Shown one piece after another: positions 40,701-53,400 of a DNA stretch of 64,000 bases. The notes under the pieces were generated by a model. The model was not told the origin of the DNA and made no database searches. It was given only the letters and a program-made list of their open reading frames with translations. The position numbers were made by a program, and so were the translations under genes. The number at the start of each line of letters is the position of its first letter. The first letter of the stretch is position 1. The DNA is from Octopus sinensis (taxonomy: Eukaryota): contig NC_042997.1 of NCBI RefSeq assembly GCF_006345805.1, forward strand, positions 86,428,001 through 86,492,000, given 5' to 3'.

Positions 40701-43700
40701 ACGTACTCTGTAGCAACAAAGAGAATTGAAGACATGTCTACGGTGCAAGTTGAAAAGGCACTTAGACCAATCTGGCAAGGGATTTCCTACCTTGCCAGAG
40801 GAAAAATGTTTGGAACAGTGGAGGTGCAGTTCCGGGAGGTAGCTACTGCCAGGCTGCACTCAGCTACACTTTTGAGAACAGACGAAGTGGTGCTTCTACC
40901 CGTATGCCTTGGGAAGCGTGCTTCTAGGGTTAGGGTAGAGTAAATACCCCCAGAAGTGGATGTAGCCTGGTTGGATGCTGCCATACTGCTAGGCATAGAG
41001 GAGAAGGTGGTGGTCCTTCAGGCCACCAGAACACCCCACAGGAACTTTCAAGATTAAAGGATTATGAGGAAGACTGTGACTATGAGTGGTAGGTCAGGAA
41101 AATAAACACCAGCACAATATCAGAAAAATTATTTGAAATCTCTACTTATATTTGACTCCATATCTAAGAGCAATCTATGCATACAAATAATACAAATACA
41201 ATCAGACAACACTTAAGATGAGATGTTTAACCAACAAGTTACTCTTTTTTTTTTATCCCCCGCAGATGGAAAAACCTTTGATGTAAAACTTCTGGAAGAA
41301 CCTTCAGGTTTATGGTGAGTATAGTATTGTGTATAGTAGCACAAAAGTAGAATAAATTGGTTTGGGCAAACCATTTTATTCCATTTTTGAACTTCTTATA
41401 CTCATTAATTGCTGCAGCAAGCCATTTGTTTCCATGGATTCTACTGTTTACTAAAGTATTTTGTAGTTTACTCTTTATTCCTTTTGGTACCAAACTGGCT
41501 TAGACTGCCCTTGATTCTATGATACAAACGTCCTGTGATGATTTGAAGAGTAGGTATAAGTGAACTGGTTAAAAGAAATAGAGACGAAATAAAGACTAAA
41601 AAGTTGTTTTGTCCTAGGTCAGCCCTAAACAAATAGATCTATGATCAAAGGCATTCCAGCCATGACCATCATATTTTTAAAGATAACTAGGATTATATTA
41701 TCTAACGTTTCCATTTTTATGACACTGGGGTGAGGGTGGGAGATTTTAGGGTTATTTGGCTGCTATTTCTAGCAGATCATGCAATGATATAGAGCCCCTC
41801 CCTGCTGCTACCTCATTGATATGTACACCAATAATCAATGTTAGTGGTGAAATAATAGAAAAAGACAAAACAGAGAGGGAGGGAAGGGTCGAAGAAGTAA
41901 CAATGTGATGTGGAAAAGAAATTGGGTAAAGAAGAAATTATTATATTTGAGCTATTCATTTAATTGTTTATTTTATTTTCATTTACAGGAGTCATAATGA
42001 GGAAGACAAACCTCTGGTTATGCAAATAAATCCTGCCAACTTCAGTGGACCTCCCCATTTTAGGTCACTCATTGGCAAATGTTTCAATAAATCTGATAAT
42101 ATGTAAGTTCATCATTTTATAGTTTTATTTCCATTTTTTTTTTAATCCTATGCAAGCATAAGTAGGACATTTCTTACTTTTAGAATACAATTCTTTATAC
42201 ACCTTGTTACTTATTCCTTATAATACTAAACCATCAGAAGTAAAATGCATTTGAAACATGAATCAAGCAAAGTTATCTGGGCAGCAATTAAATGAATGCA
42301 AAGGACCACTCTCTCTATTCGTCTTGTTGAATTGAAAGATGAGAAAAAAATACTTTGAAGACATATAGAATAAAACACTATCTGTAAGTTGCTGTTTTGT
42401 TGTTTAATTCCAGTCCTCATTGAGCAAATCTATTATCAAAGGCATTCCAGCTTATCATTCTATCATTTCCTGCTTTAAAATATTAAGGAGTGATTTGAGG
42501 AAGATTTGAATGCCATTTCTAAAAGCTTGAGTGACCACTTAGAAGCTCCTTTGTTGACTCATGCATCTGTGTGTTACATGAAACTGTAGCAGAATACTTA
42601 TATATGATCAGTAATGTAACAAATCAAACTTAAGCATTATAAATGCTTAAAAAACATTTTCTATGCCAAGAATCAAATGCTCGCTTTGTAAATTAAAAAA
42701 AAATGCAGTTCTTTTTGAGTTGTAAGATCTTTACTAAAGACATTGAATTTCACATTATTCAGTGACTCCTCAACTAAACAAAACCAAAGTATATCCTTAT
42801 CCAGTATACTGTCTATAGTCACAAAGGTACAAAATATAAGAAAAGAAGTCTAACAATACAACAGTAAATCAAAACTATAACATAGATCTAACCAACCAGA
42901 TGCTTGCATCAGCTCCATGATGATGATGACATACATATGTGTGTGTGTATATTATATATATATACATACATGTGTGTGTGTATTATATCAAAAGGATGCG
43001 TTATAATACTATTCCACAGCTATACCAACAATCCAACATGCCTCCATCATCAGCTGCCCCACGGATATCATTATGGTTTCGACACCTGGGCAGTACCATT
43101 CAATCCAGCAGTGTTATATATATATATATATATGTATGTATGTGTGTGTATGTGCATGTGCGTGCATGCATGCATGCATAAATAAGTTTCAATATATATT
43201 TTTAATAAATTTTGTTTCAGGTACCAGTATAAATTCTGTCCATTCTTCAATGTAACTCAGCATGAACTTTCTCTGAGATGGAATCCTTACAATGGTATAC
43301 TCGGGTAAGTTGTTAAAAAAATCTATACACCTTATCAATGCTCTAGCTCAAATTTCTACTCATTACTTGGCACTAAAAATCAATACTTTGTCAATTCACC
43401 ATTATCACTAACCTCTTTATAAACTTATACATAAGCTGTTTATGACAAATCATCATCAGTGAGTGCTGTGTAATATTCTGTAAATCAGCTCCAACATCTC
43501 CATTTTCATTAAGTGCCTGTCCTCAGGACACTGCAGATATATGCAGCAGGATATGAATCAATAATCCACAAGTCCAGCACATTATATAAACAGCCACTAT
43601 ATCTCATATGAAAACTATGGATTTCTCTTTTGTTTTTGTTAGTCATTAATGATCAGTTTGAAGTGAATCAAAGCAATCAATTATTAAAACTTAACTGTGA

Positions 43701-46700
43701 AAAAAGAAATAAGGAATATGAAATACTAAAATCCTTATAATATCAAAATTTCCTTAATAAAATGGTATGGAATTAACAAAGGGATTAGAGTGCTGGACCA
43801 AATTAATTATGGCCCTTAGTTACATTCTTATATTTTGTTTTAAAGTCTGTCCATTTGCATTTCATCCATCTAAAAGTCAATAAAAAAGCACTAAAAACAT
43901 TGCAATAGATTTGGTCAACTTACCCTGAGCTTCTAAAACATAAATAGTCTTTGTTCCTAAGGAAGAACCATGATTAGATTTTCCACAATAACATCACCCT
44001 ATATTAAAACTATACTTTTGTGTGTGTGTGTGTATGTGTGTGTGCGCATGTGTGTGTCTGTGAAGAGAAAGCAAGTGTTGATTTATTGGCTAAAGAATCA
44101 TTAGTTTATATCCTGTTTCTGACAGTGCACAGTATTCCCTGACGATGACTTATATCTATCAATAGCCTAAGTCAGCTAGATGTAAATAGCTGGACTGTAT
44201 GGGAAATTTATAGATCACTGTTATATAATCAATATTTTGTTATTTTACATGCTAAACTCAGATCCTTTAATGAGCATAGGGAAAACAACAACGATTGCTT
44301 GTGATCACTTTGTCAGTGATTGGATATGATCACAAACTAAAATAAATTTTGTATTAGTCACTGAGGGAGCTTGTATATGGTCATTTGACTTGCTAAAAGT
44401 AGCAGCCAGATCTTTTTCAACTCACACCATAATGTCCTAAAAAATAAATATACATTGAATAATGTACTCTTGGATGTCTTATGCCAAGCAATAAAACAAG
44501 GTAGTCAAGGCTGGAATGCCTTGATCTTAATGCTGAATGGAAGTAAGCAGCAACAATATTAAATTCTACATATTGAGGCTCATTCTAAAATACGCCAAAT
44601 TCTGACAGTCATTTTTGATAGCATTGAAATTGAAATAGCATTATGAAAATTACAGAATAACAAATTGGAAACATAAATTTTAATATTTGAAATATATCTA
44701 GATCATTCAATGAATTTTTAACATCAGTTTGTTTTTAAGTATCATACAAATGATAAATTGTTATAGTTTTTATAATAACCACCTACTAGGGTGGCTCAGT
44801 ATATTATTACTGTATAAACAAAAGGCTATACAATTTTATTTTCATCGCCAGGAGCCACTTTATATTCTGTACTATGTTCAATAGAATGGTTTTCATAAAT
44901 CTAGATATCTGCATACTTTTCAGGAATTTTTTTTATGTAGAATGTTGATGGCACATAAAAAGCACCCAGCACACTCTGTAATGTGGCTGGTTTTAGGAAG
45001 GGCATCTAATCAAAGAAACCATGTCAAAACAGACAATTGGAGCCTGGACAGCTGCCCAGCTCTTGTTCAACCTATGCCAGCATGGAAAACGGATGTTAAA
45101 TGATGGTGATGATTATGATGAATGCCACTTTTTTGCTTTTAATCATTTAATTTCAAATATAGAAGTACAACCTATTTAATCATGAAGGCTATGGCTTAGT
45201 GGGTAAGGTATTGCACTCACAATTGCATGATATATAAAAAGATGGGATGGTCATGCATGGAATGACTTTTGACTATAGGTCTACTCAATTGACCTGAGGA
45301 TAAGTTTATGGGGCAATGAGGAAACATCTATGTAGTCATTCATCCTGCTAGAAATCTCTCACAAATCACACTCTATTGCCTTTAGGAGAAAGGAGGAGAG
45401 CACAATAAACACTGTAGTCCTCAGATATTCCCAAAAAGAGCTGGTGGTAAGCACTGGCCTGTGGTTAAATGAAAACAATTATTACAAGTTTGAGCCAATG
45501 AAGGAGTTGCTATAGGTTTGCTCAATTTGTTAGAAATAGCTGCTAAATTTCACAGGTTTCAGCATCCAATGACTTGTCTGTTTATTTTTCTCATCTTTAC
45601 CACAATGGATCATCATCATCATTTGACATCCATTTTCCATACTGGCATGAGTTGGACAGTTTGATAGGGGCTGGCTAGGCAGAAGACTACACCAGGCTTC
45701 ACTGTCTGGTTTGGCAGGGTTTTTACAGTTGGATGCCCATCCTAACACCAACCACTTTACAGTATGAACTGGTTATATCAGCACTGGTGGAGTCACCGAG
45801 TAAGTTGCAAGAAAAAGATCCTTTGAGAGGGAAGGCATTGGAGGAAGTGGCCTTGTGTCAGGTGATGAGCGGTTTGAGTGTAACAGAGGTATAGAAACAG
45901 GTGTCTTGCTGTAGAGGAGATACATGGTTGTCCAATCAGAGGGAGAGAGCAATAGAGAGAAGGGGGAGGGAGAGAGAGAGATCTAGAATGAGGAAAGAAA
46001 CAAGTGTGTTGCTGTAGAGGAGATACATGGTTACCCAGTCAGAGGAAGAGAGCAAGAGAAGGAGAGATAAATAAATGAGAGAAAGGGTGAAAGTAACCCA
46101 GGGCTAAACAACAACTCCACTGACAGAAGCCTCTTGTGATGATGTCTGAGCGTGTAACTTTAGTCTGTAATTTAACACCTTAGTTTCAAGGTCAATTCTG
46201 AAAATTCAGTAATTCTAATTATAGTATCTCACATAGGCACAATGAAACAAATTTTTGATGGCGGGTTATGGGTGATGACATTAAACTCAGCATTTGATTG
46301 ATACAACTTTATAAATCTTGGATGGATGAAAGGTAGGGTTTGCCTCAGTGGAATTTGAACTTAGAATGTTGAACACTAAGGCATTTTATCTGACATACTT
46401 ACAATTCAGCCAATTCCCTATCCCGATTCTTTTAATAATTCTAATAATGATTTCTAACAAAGGTATGCAGGTACAAATGTTGTTGTAGAAAATATATAAT
46501 CAATTATATTGATCTCTGTAATTGGTGATACTATTTTATTAACAACCAAAGAGTGAAAGGTAAAAGTTGCTGTCAGCTGGATTTGAACTCAGAATGTTTA
46601 GAGACAACTAAATATCACAAAGTATTTTATTCACTGCTCAACTCACTTTATTCATTAACCATTCTGATATCAATCTGCTTGAGATAGCTCCTTCTCTGAT

Positions 46701-49700
46701 ACCAAACCTATTTTAACCTTTTAACATTTAAACAGGACACATCCTGCCCAAATATTCTACTTGTTTTATATTCAAACTGGCTATATCTGGCCTCTCACAC
46801 CTACCCTACAATGTCATTCTAAAAATAATCAATCACATTATCGAACCTACAAAATAATGCAGAATTAATTGAAAACAATGTGAATAAAAATGCATTACAT
46901 ATGACAGTAATCTGAATGCTAAAGTGTTAAGGTATTTATATTTAAAATAAAACCTTCCAACATAAATTGTAGGTAAAAAATAAATTATATCTCTTATGTT
47001 CTAATCAATAGTTTATTAATGAAAACTTTGATTATTTTATTATTAAATAAATCCAAAATCTTCAAAATTAATTGAAACACATAGTCAGTGTATATCATTA
47101 GAAATATGATCGTGAATGAGTCCATTTAAGTGTTATTCTGAGCTGTTCAATTATCTCGTTTTGTATTTTCAGCAAGTGAAATTTTAACACCTCTTGTATT
47201 ATGTTTTCAGTGTATGGCAGGATTGGGAAATTGCTAACAATACATTTACAGCTATGTTACTAAAGGAAGGCGATAAATGTGGATCTATCTCACGTACATC
47301 ACGAGTAAGTCTTGTTTTATTAAAATTTGGTTACATTGCTATAAACAAGTGAATGGTGATTTTTTTTCTCTGTTGGCAAAAATGGTGTTCTCTCTGAATG
47401 AAAAGCAAATAATCTGATGCTTATGTGCAAATTGCAATGTTGCTTGATAACAAGCAAATCATGGAGTGTTGAGAATATAGAAAAGTAGAGAAAGAAAGGA
47501 AGCAAGCATACTCTTTTGGATGTGTAATGTAAACATACATGAATAATGGATAACAGGGAAGCAGAGAGAAAGAGAGAGAGAGACCATGGATGTTGGTGGA
47601 ATCAGTTATAGAGTCCAAAAGAGGAAACTAGGCTGGCATGGAAATGTGATGCATATGAAGCATGATAGTTGGGTGAAGAAGAGTCAATTGATCAAAGTGG
47701 AGGGAATCTACAGAAGAGGAAAATAGAAGTGATGAAGGAAGCTAAACTCAGGATATAGAATCTCACAAAGGATCACAACATATGGTGAGACTGTGATAGA
47801 GCAGATCCATTCAAACCATTCCAGCAAAAAATTTTTTAAAAATTTTAAATGATGACAGAGATACTGAAATTCTAAATATCGTCATCATCATCATTGTCGT
47901 TTAACGACCGCCTTCCATGCTGGCATGGGTGGGACAGTTTGGCAGGAGACAGCCAGACAAAAGCCTGCACAGACTTCTGTGACTATTTTGGAGGGATTTT
48001 TACAATTGATTTCTTTTCACTAAGCACAATGTTGTTTTTGTTTGCTTTTTTGTATAAAAAAAAGATATAGTCAGGTACATAACTAGGGTCTATCAGAGAG
48101 AATTAATGGTATCCAGGAAGATAGTGTTGTATACAATTCTAGCTAATTCATATCATATTCACAAAAATAACTTTAATATACTTTAATAAAAAATACTTGG
48201 TTTTTTTTTTTTGTCAGCTGCAAAATAGTTTTGTGTGTGTGTATGAAACAGTTATATATATATTGTATGGCAAGAAGCTTGCTTCTTAACCACATGGTTC
48301 CATGTTCAGTGTGGCACCTTGAACAAGTGTCTTCCATTGTAACCTCAGGCCAACCAAAACCTTGTGAGTGGATTTGGTAGACAGAAACTGAAAGAAGCCT
48401 GTTGTGTGTGTTTGTGTGTGTGTGTGTGCGTATTATAATATAATAATATTATATATATTGTATATTATAATAATATATGTGTATATACACCTTGTATGTG
48501 TATATATATGTATACACACATATACATATATATACACATACAGAGTGTCACCATTTTATATTTCTAATTTTGTGTGTGTGCATTGTTTGTTAATTGATTT
48601 TGTCAATTACGCACTATAGTTGCATCAGTTGGGCACCATCTTTGAGAAAAACAGTACCATGATGCAATTCACTCTGCCAGGAATTAGGAAATGACATTCT
48701 GTACTGCTTGGCATTCACACCGTAAACTCCAATATGAACATTTCAGAATGTTTGGGTGTCCGTCCGAGGTGAGTGCAGAAAACATGGATGAGTTTAATGG
48801 TGATTACAAAGGTATGGCAGCTTGGAAAACTCACTCTGATCGTTCTGATAAGAAAGAACTCCTGAATTTGTTGGTGAGATCCACACCATGATTGACAACG
48901 ATCCCTCCAAGTCAATCAGGTCCATCAGCAAGGACATGGTAGTTTCTTATCAGGCAGGTAGTGCATGAAGACATTTGGTATTCCTCGTACAAGATGAGAA
49001 AGGACCAGTTTTTATTCCAAGCCATCAAGGACAAGAGGAAAGACCGTGCCACAAAACTTTTGAACAAACTCAAGCATCCCCTCCAACCAAACATGCTTTG
49101 GTTTTTCCCAGATGAGAAAAATTTCTGCCAAGATCAGATGTTGAATACAGAGAATAACCATTGGCTTGCCATGTCCCCAAAACATGTCCCGAGAGTGATA
49201 AAAATCAGACATCCAGTCAACATCATGGTATTTGGAGTGATCATTAGTGACAGTGACTTTATGCCGCCATTCATCTTCCCACACGGCTTCTGACTCAACA
49301 CAGAAGCCTACATCAAGTGTCTGGAGGAAGTAGTACTTCCCTGGGTCAAGAGAGTGGCTGCTGGAAGACTCTGTGTCTGGCAACAGGACTGCACCATTCT
49401 ACACAAACAGGAAAACCCAGTCATGGCTGTCAGACAATTTCTGCGACCACATCACCCCTAACATCTGGCCACCTAACTCCCCAGGCTGCAACCCCTTTGA
49501 TTATTATGTGTAGGGCACAGTTGAGCAAGAGACCAACAAAACTCCTTGTAACACCAAAGATGAACTGAAGGCAAGGATTATGGCTGCATTCACCAACTTA
49601 AACAAGGAGACTATCCAGAAGAGTTGCAGGAAATTCCAAAGTCATCTGGAGGCCATGGTTGAAGCTAATGGCGATTTTATTGAATAAATTTAGTCTTTAG

Positions 49701-49803
49701 TATTTCAAAACATTTTTATGTAATTTTTGTAAGTATATCGATTAAAATGAGATATCAGTGTTATTTTCATTTTTGTGTAATTTAGATGACAATTTATTCA
49801 CCA

Positions 49804-49852
<49 letters not shown>

Positions 49853-50374
49853 CATGTCTTTGTGTCTGTTTTTGTCCCCCATCACTGCTAGATAACCAGT
49901 GTTGGTGTGTTTACATCCCTGTACCTTAGCAGTTTAGCAAAAGAGCCCAATAGAATAAATACCAGGCTTAAAAAAATAAGTGCTGGGGTTGATTCATTCA
50001 ACTGAAATTCTTCAAGGTGATGCTCCAGTATGACCACAGTCTAATGACTAAAACTAATAAAAGATTAAAAGGATATGTATACATGACTTGACTAAGTACC
50101 ATGCTTTTGCTAGTCAATTTTAGGTGCCTATGTAATTGCAAGCAAGCATAAATACTCTCTTGGCCCAGTGGAACATAGACTATGTGACAGCTGGAGGGAG
50201 AAAGGCCTGCACCAGCTCTAGTCTGATACTTATTTTCAGCTGAGTAGACTGGAGCAACATGAGATGAAGAACTATCCAGTCCAGAAAAAATTGAACTCAT
50301 GACATTATGATTGAGAGGCCAACAATCTAACCACTTGTGTGTGTATATATATATCTGAAACATAAAATGTACAT

Positions 50375-50409
<35 letters not shown>

Positions 50410-53400
50410 CATAAAATGTATATGAAACAATGACTCCAGTAAAGGAGTAAAATGATAATTGAAATGGCTAAGTGGACACAATGTTGGACTATTTGCTCAG
50501 TGATTTTCAGTTCAGTTCCTGTAAGTTTCCTTTTTTTTTTCTTTTTGTTTCCTTTTTTTGTTATAAAGGACTGAACAGTACACTTAATTCTAACTACCTC
50601 AGCAATAGGCATCACACCTTAAAATTTAAGAAAGAGATCTTAAAGTCCCTTAATGGTTGAGAAGACAACAATCAGCAATTCAGGGTTTGTTTGTTTTGTT
50701 TTTTTTTGTTTTTTTTATGGCAGAGAAAGTGATGCAAAAACTGTAATGATTATCCAACCTAAATTAATAGGAATTCTTATTCACATCCAGGTTGTCTTTG
50801 AATGTGCTCCAGAACACCAGCTAAAAAATGTTTCAGAACCTCGAACATGTGAATACCTATTTACATTCCAAACTCCTTTTGTATGTCATCCTAATGCAAT
50901 GTTGGTTTACCCAACATTGGAGGACCATTTGAGAGATGCTTGGGATGAGCTCGAAGGACAATATGTTCGTGAAGAAATTACTAAGAAGGTGAGTACAGAA
51001 TCATTTTCCTTATGTTTTACAATTCATATAATAATAAATTTGCTTAGGATTTCTTTGAAGAAGAGGAATTATTGTTGTTGTTGCTGCTGCTGCAATGCTA
51101 GTGGAGGTGGTGGTGCCACTGTCATTGCCACCAAAATTGATCTGACTGTACAACATTATGTCTTCTGATATAGATTCAGGTCAACCAAAGCCTTGTGAAT
51201 GAAATTTGAGAAACAGAAACTGCTTGAAAGCCTATCAGAAGCACTGTTCCTCTTTTGGGGTGGTAGACGTAATCCATCAACTGGTTTAACACCACCATAG
51301 GGTCCTTGAGTATCTTTAGTCAAGTCTACTTTATTGCCAATATTCAGACTAGGTCTCGGGCCTGAGTTCAACTACCTTCTTTCCTCCTATCAGCCTCAAA
51401 GGTTCTGAGGAAAAGTCATGGTTGCTGACCCATTCGACTTCTAACTAAGTTGTCTAGAAAAAAAAACTTGTAAAATCTAAACAGGTATTATATGTGTGTG
51501 CATACATGGATAACCACCAAGCTGGCTTGTAATGTTTTTTATGGTGGTAATATTTCTGATAAGTTCACCAAGGCTGACTTTGCCATTCATCCTTTCAGGG
51601 TCAATAAATTAAGTACTGGTTGCATACTAGGGTTAATCTAATTGACTGGCCCCTTCCCCCAAAATGTCAGGTCTTGTGCCTAGAGTAGAAAAGAATATTT
51701 TTGTTAAGTTCTCAAAGGTTGACTTTGCCATTCATTCCTTCCAGGCTGATATATATATATCAGTCAAACACTGGAGCCAATGTAATCAACTTAGTCCCAC
51801 CTTCGAAATTACTGGCCTTGTGCCAAAATGTGATACCAATATTTCTGCTAAGTTATTGTCAGAGCTGATCAAATACACTTATGTCAAAAGTATTCCAGTC
51901 ATGACCATCCTGTAATTTTTTTCAGGCATGTTGTATTTTAGACTACATTAAGTGCTTTTTTTTAAGATAGCAGGTTATTGATTGAAGAAGATTTAGTTGC
52001 TATTTTTAGCAGGTTCAATAACCATATAGAAGCCCATTCATTTGCTTCTTAATATTTTTGAATATCAAACAGAATCATTAGCATGCCAGGCAAAATGCTT
52101 AGTGGCATTTCATGTCTTTGCGTTCTGAGTTCAAATTCCACTGAGGTCATCTTTGTCTTTCATCCTTTAAGGGGTTGATAAAATAAGTACCAGTTGGACA
52201 CTGGGATCAGTGAAATTGACTTACCCCTCCCCTAAAGTTGCTAGCCTTGTGCCAAAATTTGAAACCAATATTTTTGAATAACAGGAAGATGGATTGATAA
52301 AATTGTTAGAACATTGTAGAAATGCCTTTAAATGCTATTCCTCCAAGGTCGACTTTTATCCTTCCATGGGTCACTAAATAAAGTACTTGTCAAGCATTAA
52401 GGTTCTTAAAATAAGTATTATCCTTTTCCATTCTGAGTTCAAATTCTTCCATGGTTGGCTTTCATCCTTTCACAGATCATAAAGTAAGTACCAGTAAAGT
52501 ACTGCTTGCTTGCTTCATTCTCTTGCTGGATGGGGCTGGGGTCATCTCAGGTTTGTGGTCCCAGAGACAGCATCATGCACAGAGCTGACCAGGTCCACCA
52601 GTACTCTCCATTGCTGGCTGTTCTGTGCTAATCCCCTCTGCATCCTCCAAGGTGAAGTCAAGAGTAAAGTACTGGGGTTAATATATTAATATAATTAGCA
52701 CTTTTCTCCTCAAATGGAAAAAAATATATTTTTAACTTTGTGCCTGTATTTGAAATTTTCCAGGGGTACAACAAAGAACTGACCAAAATATTTCAGAGAG
52801 CTGGTTTTATTCAGACTGGTACAAAACCATTGAGTAAAAAATCAAGTGATATGCTATCAAGTAACAATAGCAATACTGGAAATAATCAATTCACTTCGCT
52901 TGAGCAATGTACTGCGGTAAGTTACTTTATTTTACTGTGTTTAACCCAGGACTGGCCAACTCAAATTAAATTGCAGGCCACTTTAATCACAGAAAGTTTT
53001 TTGAGGGCCACTTGTATACTTTATGCACTAATAGTCAAATAATCAAATTACAGAATCAAGAATTTTTCATGCTTTTCGTTTGTTTAAAATTATAAAATTG
53101 TAGGCTTTTGCTTTATTGCCACTTATAAAATTTTAAATTTATTTTGAAACAAATTTTTTACACAAACAATTTTATTTTGAAATTAAATACAATACTTCAA
53201 AAAAGTATCAAGTGGGCTGCAAGATAAAAGTCTGCAGGCTGCATGCAACCCATGGACCTCAGGTTGGCCAGCCCTGGTTTAACCCCAGGTTAACCCCGAT
53301 CCTACAGACCTGTAACCAAACAGAATAGTATCCTGCAGACTTATGGCAAACAGAATAAGATCCTGCTGAACTATTCCATCCATGCCCATCAAGTTTTTTT

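Noticed and set aside
44288-44340. Short hairpin TTGTGATCA..TGATCACAA (miRNA-like)
   Set aside because: The stem is only about 9 bp with an irregular interior, as expected by chance in AT-rich DNA.
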